Notes under the pieces: model-generated
What the model saw: the letters and a program-made list of their open reading frames with translations, nothing else
Database searches by the model: none
What the model was told of the DNA's origin: nothing
Translations under genes and position numbers: made by a program
Shown: piece by piece, positions 13,053-24,653 of the stretch
How the letters are laid out: every line of letters starts with the position of its first letter
How positions within the stretch are numbered: the first letter of the stretch is position 1
Assembly (NCBI RefSeq): GCF_001194135.2
Contig: NC_069003.1
Coordinates: 16,011,229-16,057,446 of the forward strand
DNA: 46,218 nt
Source of the DNA: Octopus bimaculoides
Taxonomy: Eukaryota
Reading direction: 5' to 3'

Positions 13053-13119
13053 GTTGTTGTTGTTGATAATTTATACAGTTTCTTTCTTTAATTTGGCCTT
13101 TCATGTTATTGCTTTTAAT

Positions 13120-13152
<33 letters not shown>

Positions 13153-13350
13153 TATTTTCTGTTTCATTTTATGAATATTTATGACTGTAAATTGATATCA
13201 TTGACATACCGGAATCTTTAATGTGTTTGTGTGTGTGTATGTGGGTCATTATGAGAGACAGAGGGAGAGACTGCGTGTGTATTTGTATGTGTAAGCATTT
13301 GCCTGCGTGTGTAAGCGCACGTGTTTATACATTTGTGTATGTGTATGTCA

Positions 13351-13390
<40 letters not shown>

Positions 13391-13400
13391 GGGGAGGGGA
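11295..13400. repeat. Microsatellite-rich tract: (CA)n, (TA)n, (TAGG)n, (TG)n, (ATT)n
   Basis: Directly visible. Confidence 0.95.
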
Positions 13401-13644
13401 AGAGCACACACACATGCACACACTCAATTAAAAAATACACATAAATGCCTTCGGATGAAACAACATACATTTTGTTGGTCTCACTGTTTTAATGAGGCAT
13501 ATATGTGTTATGAATTTAGACAGACAGACAGACAGACAGGTAGATAGATAAATTTTTGTGCGTGGGTATGTCCATAAAAAGACGGAAGAAATATCGCACA
13601 GCATTTTCCTCAAACGATTCTGCCAGAAAATTCTAACTAAATTC

Positions 13645-13870
13645 AAGGTGGCGAGCTGGCAGAAACGTTAACACGCCGGGCGAAATGCTAAGCGGTATTT
13701 CGTCTGCCGCTACGTTCTGAGTTCAAATTCCGCCGAGGTCAACTTAGCCTTTCATCCTTTCGGGGCCGATTAAATAAGTACCAGTTACGCACTGGGGTAG
13801 ACGTAATCGACTTAATCCCTTTGTCTGTCCATGTTTAACCCCTTGTGAGCAATAAAATAAAATAAGAAAA
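13645..13870 (+). mobile_element. Near full-length tRNA-derived SINE (family A; central domain resembles Meta/MESC-type SINE domains)
   Basis: Head ggcgagctggcagaaacgttaac, B box gagttcaaattcc, conserved cctttcatcctttcggggccgattaaataagtaccag, A-rich tail. agaaaattctaa at 13625-13636 and 13865-13876 may be a TSD. Confidence 0.85.
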
Positions 13871-13879
13871 TTCTAATTG

Positions 13880-14100
13880 GGTCCTACCTGCAAGGTCATG
13901 CGCTGTTTATTGTGATATCAGATCACCATGTCACGCACACATGGTTTTGATGCATGTGCCTGCATTAGACGGGTAGTCATGAGGGTGTACTGGATTCGCA
14001 TAGCTGTACTCCAGTGTCACCTTAATGGCATGCGCTGCTCTTTCACTCAATAATAATAATAATAATAATAACAACAACAATAATAATAATAATAATAATA
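13880..14100 (+). mobile_element. LINE-type 3' end with (AAT)n tail
   Basis: ...gtgtcaccttaatggcatgcgctgctctttcactcaataataat. A second copy lies on the minus strand at about 21960-22050. Confidence 0.65.
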
Positions 14101-14104
14101 ATAA

Positions 14105-14308
14105 TCCTTTCTACTATAGACACAAGGCCTAAAATTTGGGGAGAGCGAACTAGTTGATTACATTGACTCCAGTGCTTCGTTGGCACTTAATTCATCGACC
14201 CCGAAAGGATGAAAGACAAAATCGACATCGGCGGAATTTGAAATCAGAACGTAAATAGGGACAAAATGCCGCTAAGCATTTCGTCCGGCGCGCTAACGAT
14301 TCTGCCAA
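14105..14308 (-). mobile_element. tRNA SINE family A, plus adjacent fragments out to about 14590
   Basis: Reverse complement has the same head, B box and central domain. Confidence 0.85.
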
Positions 14309-14951
14309 TAATAAAACTTTCTACTAAAGGCACAAGGGAGATATTTAAGTCGATTACATCGATCCTTGTGATCGACTGGTACGTATCTGATTGACCTGAA
14401 AACACTTATATCCTCGATGCTTATCTGCATTTCTTCCGATTCATTATTTTTTGAGTGCAAATGCTGCAAAGGTTAATTCTGCCTTTTATTCTTCCGGAGA
14501 CGATAAAATAAAGTACCAGTCAACTACTGATGTTGATGTAATAGAATTACTCTCTCCCCTTAGATTGCCGGCCTTGTCCCAAAAGTGAAAAGAATTGTGT
14601 TTTAAACATATATCGCAACAGTAGCACCAACCATGTTTTATAGACATTCATACATATATACGTTACATACATATGTATGCATGCACACACATACGCACAC
14701 GTGCACGCACATGCACACGCACGCACGCACACACACACACACACACACACATATAAAGTGAGTTTGGAGGGATTACCGTATCAGCTCTGAGTTAAGTTCC
14801 AGTTAACGGGTAACCACTACGATAAGTTTTTAACGTCTGTGACTACAATTTTTTGCTAATCACTCCGTGAATTCTTCTGATGAGTAATTCCGTGTACGCT
14901 TTACTGGACAGTAAAAATTGTGTGGAGTATATATTATTAATAATAACGACT

Positions 14952-15103
14952 ATGGAGACTTGTACATCCACGAAATATATTTTATAGTTATATACAGCAT
15001 ATCATAATGACCCACACGGGCTTCCCTGCGCAAACGTGATTAGGTGATTATAAAATGCTGTATACAACTATAAAACAAATCTTGTGGATGTACAAATCTC
15101 CAT
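14952..15103. repeat. 152-bp foldback element (57-bp arms, 8 mismatches), MITE-like
   Basis: atggagacttgtacatccacg... versus ...gtggatgtacaaatctccat. Confidence 0.88.
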
Positions 15104-15115
15104 TCACTCTATTAT

Positions 15116-15154
<39 letters not shown>

Positions 15155-15477
15155 CGTACCTTCATTGATATACACACATTGATATATACATGCACGCACA
15201 TACACATACATATATGCATACACGCATACACACACACACATCTCCTACACCCTGCAACACTCTAATGTACTCAAGTGCAATGCATTGATATAAGAATTGT
15301 GATACTTCCCAGGGGCAACACTTCTCCATTTATTCCGAGTGTTGCTGTTGAAAATTCTGCTGTTTACAATAACAACTACAGCGACAATAATTACAACACC
15401 AACAACGAATCCAACAAATAGAATCCTTTCTTTGAAGGTAATACCTATAAGTAAATTAAAACGCTCGACCTCATAAC

Positions 15478-15534
15478 AATTCGTGTCAGTTCGGGTCAAT
15501 TCGTGTCAATTTGGGTCAATTCATGTTGATTCGA
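15478..15534. repeat. 10-bp minisatellite with alternating variants
   Basis: aattcgtgtc agttcgggtc aattcgtgtc aatttgggtc aattcatgtt. Confidence 0.8.
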
Positions 15535-15840
15535 TATCGCTTTCGGAGTCGTTCGTCTTCGATCCGTGAATTAATCCTGGATCACATTGACACAGCGACA
15601 ATGACACGAGAGGAGCGGTGTGGAGGAGTACTGCGACGTGAGAGAGAATGAGGAGGAAGGAGGTGGAGAAGACTGTTATTAAGCTTGTCTTCTGTTACAT
15701 CACATGGAAACAAAGAGTTATCTGCTTTTTACAGCTGATCCTAACTACATTACGTTTTTGCTTATATACATATGTACAACAATACGCACACATATGAAAG
15801 TGCGCGCGTGTGTGTGCGTGTGAAATACTAAAAAGTATTT

Positions 15841-16606
15841 TTATTCAATAAAATTGCCATTGACTTCAACCACGACCTCCAGACGACTTCGGAATCTCTT
15901 GCAACTCTTCTGGATGGTCTCCTTGTTTAAGTTGGTGAATGCTGCCATAATCCTTACCTTCAGTTCATCTTTGGTGTTACAAGAAGTTTTATTGGTCTCT
16001 CGCTCACCTGCGCCCCACATAATTAAGGGGGTTGTAGTCAGGGGAGTTAGGTGACCAGATGTTAGGGGTGATGTGGTTGCAGAAATTGTCTGACAGCCAT
16101 GATTGTGTTCTGCTTGTGTGGCTTGGTGCAGAGTCCTCTTGTCAGACATAGGGTCTTCCAGCAACCACCTTCTTCACCCAGTGCAACACGACATCCTCCA
16201 GGCACTTAATATGGGCCTTCGTGTTGAGTCTGAAGTCGTGGGGGAAGAGGAATAGAGGCATAACGTTGCCATCGCTAGTGATCGCTCCAAACAGCATGAT
16301 GTTAACTGGATGTTTGATTTTTATCAATCTCGATACATGTCCTCAGCTTGCAGTGTCCTCAGATTGAGACCCAAACTCTCTGAAATGTTCGTATTGGAGA
16401 TTTCGACACGAGTGCTAAGCAGTACAGCATGTCGTTTCCAAATTTCTGACAGAGTGGATTACGTCGTGGTGCTGTTTTTCTCACAGACGATGCCCAACTG
16501 AATCTACAATACTGTGCAGTTGACAAAATGAAACAATGAAACAATTGCATGCGCCAAATTAAATATATAAAATGCTGCCAATTTACCTATCGTACGCTGT
16601 TTATAT
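15841..16606 (-). mobile_element. Internally deleted maT-like (DD37D-type) Tc1/mariner transposon relic
   Basis: N-terminal WKRHAVLL...LNLRTLQ joined to the DDD domain QEDSAPSHTS...WSPNSPDYNPLNY...GNFIE*. TIR-like end at 16569-16606. Contains stops and indels. Confidence 0.85.
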
Positions 16607-16614
16607 ATATACAC

Positions 16615-16745
16615 GACGGTCTTTGGTCGGGGCGAAGCTCTAGTGTAGAAGACACTTGCCGAACGTGCCAAGCAGTGGGACTGAACCCAAAGACATGTGG
16701 TTGGGATGCAAACTTCTTCCCACACACAGCCACGCCTGCGCCTAT
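16615..16745 (-). mobile_element. CORE-type tRNA SINE (family B)
   Basis: Reverse complement gggttcagtcccactgcttggcacgttcggcaagtgtcttctacactagagc. Confidence 0.8.
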
Positions 16746-16761
16746 ATACTATACTACACTA

Positions 16762-16828
<67 letters not shown>

Positions 16829-17224
16829 CATACATACAGAGACACATACAAGCATACACACATATACATACATACATAATACATATACACATGCGTATAC
16901 ACTGTGTATACACTGGCGCACACACATGCGCACAAACAAACAAACTATTGAAAAGGTTGTAAGGCGCAAAAAATATTTTAGAAAAGATAAATAAGTAAAT
17001 GAGTGTAAATCGAACCGGTGACTGTGTTAAATAATAAGGCACTAAAAGAGAATGACTCTCTCCAGAAACAATAAAATATTTTTCAACATACGAAGTCATA
17101 TAAAGAATCTTGCAAACCAAATACAAAAACGAAATATATACAGGGTGTCCACAAAATCTGGGTACATGTCGATTAACAATTATGTTACTCTATTTACCCA
17201 GTGTATATGTATGNNNNNNNNNNT

Positions 17225-17990
17225 ATATATATAAATGCTTCACTAAAGATAATAGATATAGTAAAATAATTACCAATAAGTCTATAAGAATTGGTTTCTC
17301 TTTATCTAAATATGATTATTAATCTTCAATTAATAACAAGAAATTGGATATTTTCTATAACAATAGAAATATTAGTAATACTGGTTTATTGAATGACTAC
17401 CGTGCTAAATCTAGTTGTAGGAATGATGATAATATATTTTTTCTAATGATAGAAGAGATATAACCCATGTAAGCTCCCTTTTTATCCACAATAATATGAA
17501 TAATGAAAATGAAATAATAAACTGAAATATTGGTTAAAATTTTATAATAAACTATGTGAATAATATTTGTGATTGATGGATTAAGGATGAATGTAAATTT
17601 AGTAATTTTTGAAAGCAAGATAATCTAGTATCCCAATGTATAGTCGAATCAGAGGGTAAAACTACTTTTGTATCGGATAAACTGAAAAACCCATCAAGCG
17701 ATGGATTGCTAACCACGAAAATAACTATAGAAACAGACAAAAAAGGAAAAATACCAGTCATAGCAAATTTATATGGATGTTAAAAGACAAATATAAAAAA
17801 TTATAAACTTAAATGGGAGATTATCAGTCATGCCTGATTGTATAGAATTCCCGATAGGTGCTGTGAATTATGCGAGGAAGAAATTTTTCAAATTCTAACT
17901 TCCAAACACAAACTCCTGAATTCAAGACAAGAGAAATTAATCTTGTGTACATTCTTCTAAATATATTTTAGGAAGTATAATTAAAATAAA
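17225..17990 (+). mobile_element. Degraded Penelope-like element 3' region (GIY-YIG)
   Basis: ...KPIKRWIANHENNYRNRQKRKNTSHSKFIWMLKDK...CELCEEEIFQILTSKHKLLNSRQE, with stops and frameshifts. Confidence 0.75.
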
Positions 17991-18900
17991 GTTGAATATA
18001 ATAAAATAATATATAAATATATAATATAGTAACTATAACTAGATTAAAAAATTGAATATATAAAAAATATATATAATATTAAACAATACAAAAACACATA
18101 ATATAACACTAAAAAGTCTAATTAATAATAATAATATTGATTATTTAAATCGATAAACTTAATTAATTAACTGATATAATACTTGATATTTTAACAGAAA
18201 ACATTGTAAATCTATCAACAACACAATGTAGATGTATATCTAATATTAGCATTTTCTTTAGTTTCTTTCATATATACATACATGAACACACACACAAACA
18301 TATAAACATAATAATGCAAGATTATAACGGGTGGCTTTTATTTTCAAATAATTACGCGCACGCACGTTTTTTCCAACATGCTTACACAAACACAAATTAA
18401 TATAAGCAATAGACATCCACATTTATAACGGTTTTATTTTTTATTTTGACTCTATATTCTTATTTTTATTTTATTTATTATTTTATTATTACTTTTTGTC
18501 TCTATATTTTTTTATTATTTATTATTTACTTATTTTTATATACTTTGTCTGTTGGAGAATCCCAATTGATTAACATTTAGTTTCTTTAACGTCCATTGGT
18601 CCTGAAGATATTTTACTCAAAGTCTTCAAAATGCAAACTTATTATATTCTACAGGTTTGTAATTTGTATTAAGTGTAATTTGAAACATTTGTAGGACTAA
18701 TTAATAATATGTTAATAAATTAATTTAAATCCATTTAAACTCTCACTTTTCTCACTTATTAATATTTGATATTTATAATATACCTATTTATATTTAAGAA
18801 ATATTTCTCAACACTTATGGTATTAAACCAGTGTAACGGGGGTGAAATCATTCCTTTGATATGTTAATGTATTTTGCACTGATTATATATATATATAATA

Positions 18901-19206
18901 TTTATTTTATTTACACTATTTACATTTGACGGATATTTGTCCTCATCTTGTTTGTTGTTAACACAACGTTTCGGCTGATATACCCCCCCAGCCTTCGTCA
19001 GGTGTCTTGGGGNNNNNNNNNNTCGGCTGATATACCCCCCCAGCCTTCGTCAGGTGTCTTGGGGAAATTTCGAACCTGGGTTCTCATTCCTAACGATGTT
19101 ACTATTATTATATTATTATTATTACTACTATTATTAATCAGGTCGCTGCCGTAAATCGAACTCGGAATCTTGGGGTTAGTAGCCCGCGCTCTTAACCACT
19201 ACGCCA

Positions 19207-19207
<1 letters not shown>
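18901..19207 (-). mobile_element. Composite short retroelement: tRNA-like head, (AAT)n, hammerhead, A-rich tail
   Basis: A box tggcgtagtggt (19195-19206), B box gagttcgatt (19154-19163), hammerhead at 18960-19006. Partial sister copy at 40651-40750. Confidence 0.7.
18960..19006 (-). ncRNA. Minimal type I hammerhead ribozyme (PLE-type)
   Basis: GACAC-CUGACGA-A-GGCUG(loop)CAGCC-GAAA-CG-UU|GUGUU. Stem I 5 bp, stem II 5 bp, palindromic ACGU stem III. Confidence 0.8.
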
Positions 19208-19270
<63 letters not shown>

Positions 19271-19421
19271 NNNNNNNNNNNNNNNNNNNNNNNNNNNNNN
19301 NNNNNNNNNNNNNNNNNNNNNNNNNNNNNNNNNNNNNNNNNNNNNNNNNNNNNNNNNNNNNNNNNNNNNNNNNNNNNNNNNNNNNNNNNNNNNNNNNNNN
19401 NNNNNNNNNNNNNNNNNNNNN

Positions 19422-19458
<37 letters not shown>

Positions 19459-19649
19459 ATGTATGTATATATGCGTATTTGTAACATACAATTTTGTTTT
19501 GTTTTGCTTCCTTTTATAAAATTCACTCGGCCAGTATTGTCCAGGTGTCTATGGCAGATTTTAATATGGTGGGAATTGGTTCCATGTTTGAAATATTGGT
19601 TAACTTTCGCCCAAGGGAAAGAAGATGTAGTGCCAAAAACCGACGTTAT

Positions 19650-19815
19650 TTTCGCTCGGAAGTAAAATGATTGACTGCTGCAGACGTACTGGGAGATTTA
19701 ATAAATAACTTCACCAGCCGACCAATAGCAGATTCCATATGATTGGTGAGTGGCGTTGAGTTATGCAGGTAAACAATGAACAAAGGGTAGAGAAAAAAAG
19801 ACAAAATGGCCGATC
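19650..19815. promoter_or_regulatory. Candidate promoter-like motif cluster (ETS, two CCAAT, FOX/SOX, YY1-like)
   Basis: CGGAAGT 19657, CCAAT 19722, ATTGG 19742, GTAAACAAT 19769, CAAAATGGCCG 19802, all in non-repetitive DNA. Motif evidence only. Confidence 0.3.
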
Positions 19816-20880
19816 CTTGTTCACGATGCAAGATTTTCTATAATATAAATATTAGTCAGAGACCAGCGTCTCTTTTTTCTAATTCTCAAAACTAATCACC
19901 GACTGGTCTTCATTATCACATCGTAATATCTTCCCACTCTTCCCAATCAAACCTCTTATCATATTTTCCTCTATATTATTTTACCTGTTTATCTATTTAG
20001 CGGACTCGCTACATATTTTTATCTCTCAACGAATCTACTATCTATTTATTTACCTATCTGTCTGTCTGTCTGTCTATGTATCTCTCCATCTATCTTATCT
20101 ATCTACTTTTTTCATCTATCTACATTTTATCTATCTATCTACCTATCTAATCCATCTATTTGTATCATATATCTTTAACTACCTTCCTATCTAAACAGGT
20201 TTCTACATTTAGACATAACTTTCTACATACCTTTTACCATTATCTCCTTCTCTCTCTTTCTTTCTCTCTCTCCTTCTCTCTCTTTCTCACACACATTCTC
20301 CATCTCTCTCTCTCTCTTTCGCTCTGGCTCTCTCTCTTGCTCTCTCTTTCTCTCCCTTTCTCTCACTTACTCATTCAAACACTTACATACCACAATCACG
20401 TCTGCTCATTCATTCCACATCCAACACTCTACCTGCAGAAGAGATCTGGAGATGTCAGAAATGGAGGGATAACTAGATATTAAAATCTGAAGAGAAAACT
20501 GTCATTCTCCAAATTTTTTCTTTAAGATACTTATGTAAAATCCTTGAGGATAGAAGTAGAGGATGGTCCTTGTCATTAAGTATGAAGGTATTATTCCATT
20601 GAATACTGCATATAGAATTCAAATACATGCATGTATACACAGAGACTAAATACTTGATATTATGAAAGCATGCATAAATGTATGTAGTCATGCATGCATA
20701 TATGTGAATGTATATGTGTGTGTATTTGTATGTGTGTACGTATATGCGTGTATATGCCTATGTATGTATATTTGCATGTATGCATGCATGCATGTATGTA
20801 TGTATGTTTGTATGTATGTATGTAGAGCACATGCACCTTGCTCTCATTTTGATCCCACGCATTTCGTTGTCTGTCACTCT

Positions 20881-20985
20881 TGACTAAGTGTCCACTCCAT
20901 CACAATTTGTACTGCAGTAGCAAAGCTTCAATACTGAAGCATTTCTCTCTTTCAAGCACCTCATCATTACTCACAAACATTTGAC
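20881..20985 (-). mobile_element. RTE-clade LINE fragment
   Basis: FVSNDEVLEREKCFSIEALLLQYKL*WSGHLV resembles the RTE post-RT motif SIEAxLxxxQLRWxGH. Confidence 0.7.
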
Positions 20986-21836
20986 TTTCCAGTTGTCTTT
21001 GATATTATTCATGCAAGCCTTCTTTGTTTTGTGTTTGATGTTTTTTGCATCAATGATAGGTTTGTCACTATTTGGATCTTGTTGGTCTTTCTGATTGTTA
21101 ATTTCTAGATCGGGAGAAGCAATGGTAGGTCCGTCTGTATTTGGGTGTCTTTGGTCATTCTTATTGTAAACTTCTAACTTTTAATTTCTTACTAAGCTTC
21201 ATGACTGAAGCTTGCTTGGAATCTTCATGCTTCAGTGCAGTTCACAAGAGCACATCAAGTGTTGTATTATGATAAGTTTCATGGACTATTATTGCTGATT
21301 TGAAGGACTGTTCGGGCTGTGTCAGGCTTCTTCCACCTATTTTTCTTGGGAGATAAATCCTGTCTACATCTGATTTTGGATGGTGCATTCGATATCTTGT
21401 AAGGATTTTACGGATCTTTCCATTCATATTCTGCATGTCAATGAGACTCCACTTAATGATACCGAAGTTATGTGTGGTTACTGGTATGGCCAAAGAATTG
21501 ATCGCATTAATTCTGTTAGCAGCATTTAATTCTGAGTTTAGGACCATTCTTACTCTTCGGTAGCATTCCTTACGGATTTTCTCTTTCATTTTAGAGTTCT
21601 GGATACCATCACCTTCAGTGGTTCTCAGATATTGGTATACTTCGGATTGGTCTAGGTTTCGAATAGCTGTGGAGTATCAAGTTCTATGTTTTCTGCCTTT
21701 ATGAACTGCTCTGCCTTGAAAGTAGTCATTGCACATTTATCAAGTCCGAATTCCATACTTATATCAGAGCTGAATTCTTTGACAATATTCAGGAGCTCTT
21801 CTAATTTTTTGTCGTCTTTGGCAAACAGTTTTAGGA
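20986..21836 (-). mobile_element. Dong/R4-like LINE reverse transcriptase C-terminal and thumb fragment
   Basis: LFAKDDKKLEELL...IKEFSSDISMEFGLDKCA (YxDD region), then KECYRRVRMVLNSELN...HHPKSDVDRIYLPRKIGGR. Confidence 0.9.
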
Positions 21837-22066
21837 CATGCTCAACTGGTTAAGGTCAAACAACTGACAAGCAAATCAGTGGTAATGAGCAGAATATTGT
21901 ACATGATAACACTTCCAATCAGTTAAGATGAGAAGCCATGAAAGCTACTGCCTGGTAATTATTATTATTGAGTGAGAGAGCAATGCACGACATCAAAGTG
22001 ACACTGCGGTACAAATATACGAAGTCCCATACACCCATCATAGCTATTCGTCTAAGTCTATACTTT

Positions 22067-22250
22067 AGGCGGTAAACTGGCAGAATCGTTAGCACGCCGG
22101 ACAAAATGATTCGCAACATTTCATCCGTCTTTGCATTCTAAGTTCAAATTTCGCCGAGGTCGACATTACTTTTAATCCTTTTGGGGTCGATAAAATAAGT
22201 ACCAGCTGAGTACAGGGATCGATATAAATGGCCTGCACCTCCCCTCAAAC
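22067..22250 (+). mobile_element. tRNA SINE family A
   Basis: Same head, B box and ggggtcgataaaataagtaccag domain. Confidence 0.85.
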
Positions 22251-22256
22251 TTTAAA

Positions 22257-22289
<33 letters not shown>

Positions 22290-22704
22290 CCTTTCCGCCA
22301 TAGGCACAAGGCCTGAAATTTTGGAGAGGCCATACAGCGCTAAGCATATATACAAAGCTATTAGCAATTAAAATATGCTTGAGGTATATTCAAACTCGTA
22401 AGAAAGTCATTAACCGTGTTTTGTGACGAAGAAAATTTCTTGCCGTAGACAAATAGGTGTAAGAACAACAAATCAGCTCACAGCGTCGCCTAACGAGACT
22501 GTGAGAAGCATGCATTTCGGAGTGGTTACCTCTTCTTCAGCCACAAGAAACGGGCACGGTGCACTGCGACTATGCCGGTGCGCCGCCATACATTTTTTTT
22601 TATTTCTTTTAGCCTGGTACTTATACTATGAGTCCCTTTGCCGAATCGCTAAGTTACGACGACTTAAAGGTGGTGTAGAACAAACACAGGCACAAAGACA
22701 CACG

Positions 22705-22761
<57 letters not shown>

Positions 22762-22769
22762 ACATCTTT

Positions 22770-22885
22770 TAGTTTCTGTCTACCAAATCGACACAGAAGG
22801 CTTTGCTTCAGGTGCCGCGCCGTGTGACTGAACTCCGAACCATACGGTTGGGAAGCAAGTTTCTTACTACACAAGCCACGCCTAC
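22770..22885 (-). mobile_element. CORE-type tRNA SINE (family B)
   Basis: Reverse complement ggcttgtgtagtaagaaacttgcttcccaaccgtatggttcggagttcagtcacacgg. Confidence 0.75.
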
Positions 22886-23136
22886 TCTTACATATATGGG
22901 GAGGGGTGTATGGTACAAAAGTGACGAATAATACAACAAAGAGACGAGGTAAAAAGAGTACACACAGAGTTGGTATTATGTTCACGCTCAGGAAATATGG
23001 ATGAAAGAAAAAATGTCTTATGTTTCGAGTGTGCATACTTCTCCTGAAGGATAGTTGAGAGGTGGACAGAAAAGCAAGGAGAAGGAAAACTGGAGAAATA
23101 CAAACGTACATGTATCCGATCGTCACGGCATACATT

Positions 23137-24633
23137 CAGGCGTTGGACAAAATAATGGAAACATCTAGCATCATAACATCATAATTTTGAAATATCTATA
23201 AAACCATCACAAGCTGGTTTATTTTTATGTTTATAGGTTTATTATTAGTGTTACTTAATATGTTTTGCTAAAATTGTTGTTACCTTTGAGATATTATCAG
23301 AAATAGGTAAGTAAAATACATTAAAATGACAGATCTATCGGACTTTCAAAGAAGTCAAATTGTTGGTGCTCGTATGGCAGGCGCTAGCGTAACGAAAACA
23401 GCCAAAATGTTTGGTGTATCAAGACGTACTGTCTCAAAGGTAATGACAGCCTTTGAGAAAGATGGAAAACCCACCTCGCGGAATCAAAACTCCGGAAGAA
23501 AACCAAAACTTTCAAATAGGGACCGTCAGACTCTTACGCGAATTGTTATTCATGTGCAAGTGACTTCTACTACAGCCTCGGATTGACCGAAGCCTTGTGA
23601 GTGCATTTGGTAGACAGATAGATCTGTCATTTTAATGTAGTTTAATTAATTACCTTTTTCTGATGAGATCTATCGGACTTTCAAAGAGGCCAAATTGCTG
23701 GTGCTCGTATGTCAAGCGTCTTCCGGAGTTTTGTTTCCGCGAGAGAGTTTTTCCCTCTTTCTCAAAAGCTGTCATTACCTTTGAGACAGTACGTCTTGAT
23801 ACACCAAACATTTTGGCTGTTTTCGTTACGCTAGCGCCTGCCATACGAGCACCAACTGTTCGCCGTGAGCTGCACAAAGCCGTATTTCACTGGAGGGCTG
23901 CAATCAGGAAATCACTACTTTCAAAAACAAATGTTGCAAAGCGTTTAGAGTGGAGTAGAAACCTACAGAATTGGTCCCTAGAGCAGTGGAAGAATGTTAT
24001 TTTCTCGGACGAGTCATCCTTTAACTTATTTCCGACCACCAGTATACGTGTGGAGACAGCCAAAAGAAGCACTTAACCCAGACTGCCTTCTTCCAACTGT
24101 TAAACATGGAGGAGGATCTGTGATGATCTGCGGGGCTATATCTTGGAAATCCGCCGGCCCAATGGTTTCCCTTCATGGCAGAATTAATAGTCAAGACTGT
24201 TTAAGCATTTTATCTGATCAAATTCATCCTATCGTTGCGGAACTGTTTCTGGAGGGAAACACAATCTTTCAGGATAATAATGCACTAATTCACACAGGTA
24301 AAGTTGTTACTGAATGGCTCGAGGAACGTTCTAGTGAAGTTGAACATCTTATCTGGCCAACACAGTCCCCAGATCTCAATATTATTGAACATTTATGGTG
24401 CATTTTAGAAAAACAAGTAAGAAGTCGATATCCTCCACCATCATCACTACAAGAACTGGAGACTGTTTTAGCTGAAGAATGGACAAAAATTCGTTTGGAA
24501 TCAATTCAAACTTTGTACGAGTCCATACCTCGTAGAATTCAAGGTGTAATTACTGCCAAAGGTTGTCCTATACCATATTGAAATAAATTTGCTTGAAATT
24601 TTAAGGTGTTTCCATTATTTTATCCAGCCCCTG
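23137..24633 (+). mobile_element. Tc1-like DNA transposon with both TIRs, DD36E-spaced transposase pseudogene, internally rearranged
   Basis: TIRs caggcgttggacaaaataatggaaaca and tgtttccattattttatccagcccctg|ta. HTH MTDLSDFQRSQIVGAR..., then IFSDES, FQDNNA (catalytic D->N), SPDLNIIEHLW. Frameshift near 24045. Confidence 0.95.
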
Positions 24634-24653
24634 TACATTGAGATATATATATA

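Noticed and set aside
19023-19062. Apparent tandem second hammerhead
   Set aside because: It is an identical 40-mer on both sides of a 10-N gap, typical of unmerged contig overlap. Long reads are needed; a true tandem would be interesting because these ribozymes dimerise.
19141-19207. Functional tRNA gene
   Set aside because: The 5' acceptor strand is missing, the T-arm is imperfect and it is embedded in AAT repeats, so it is a SINE head.
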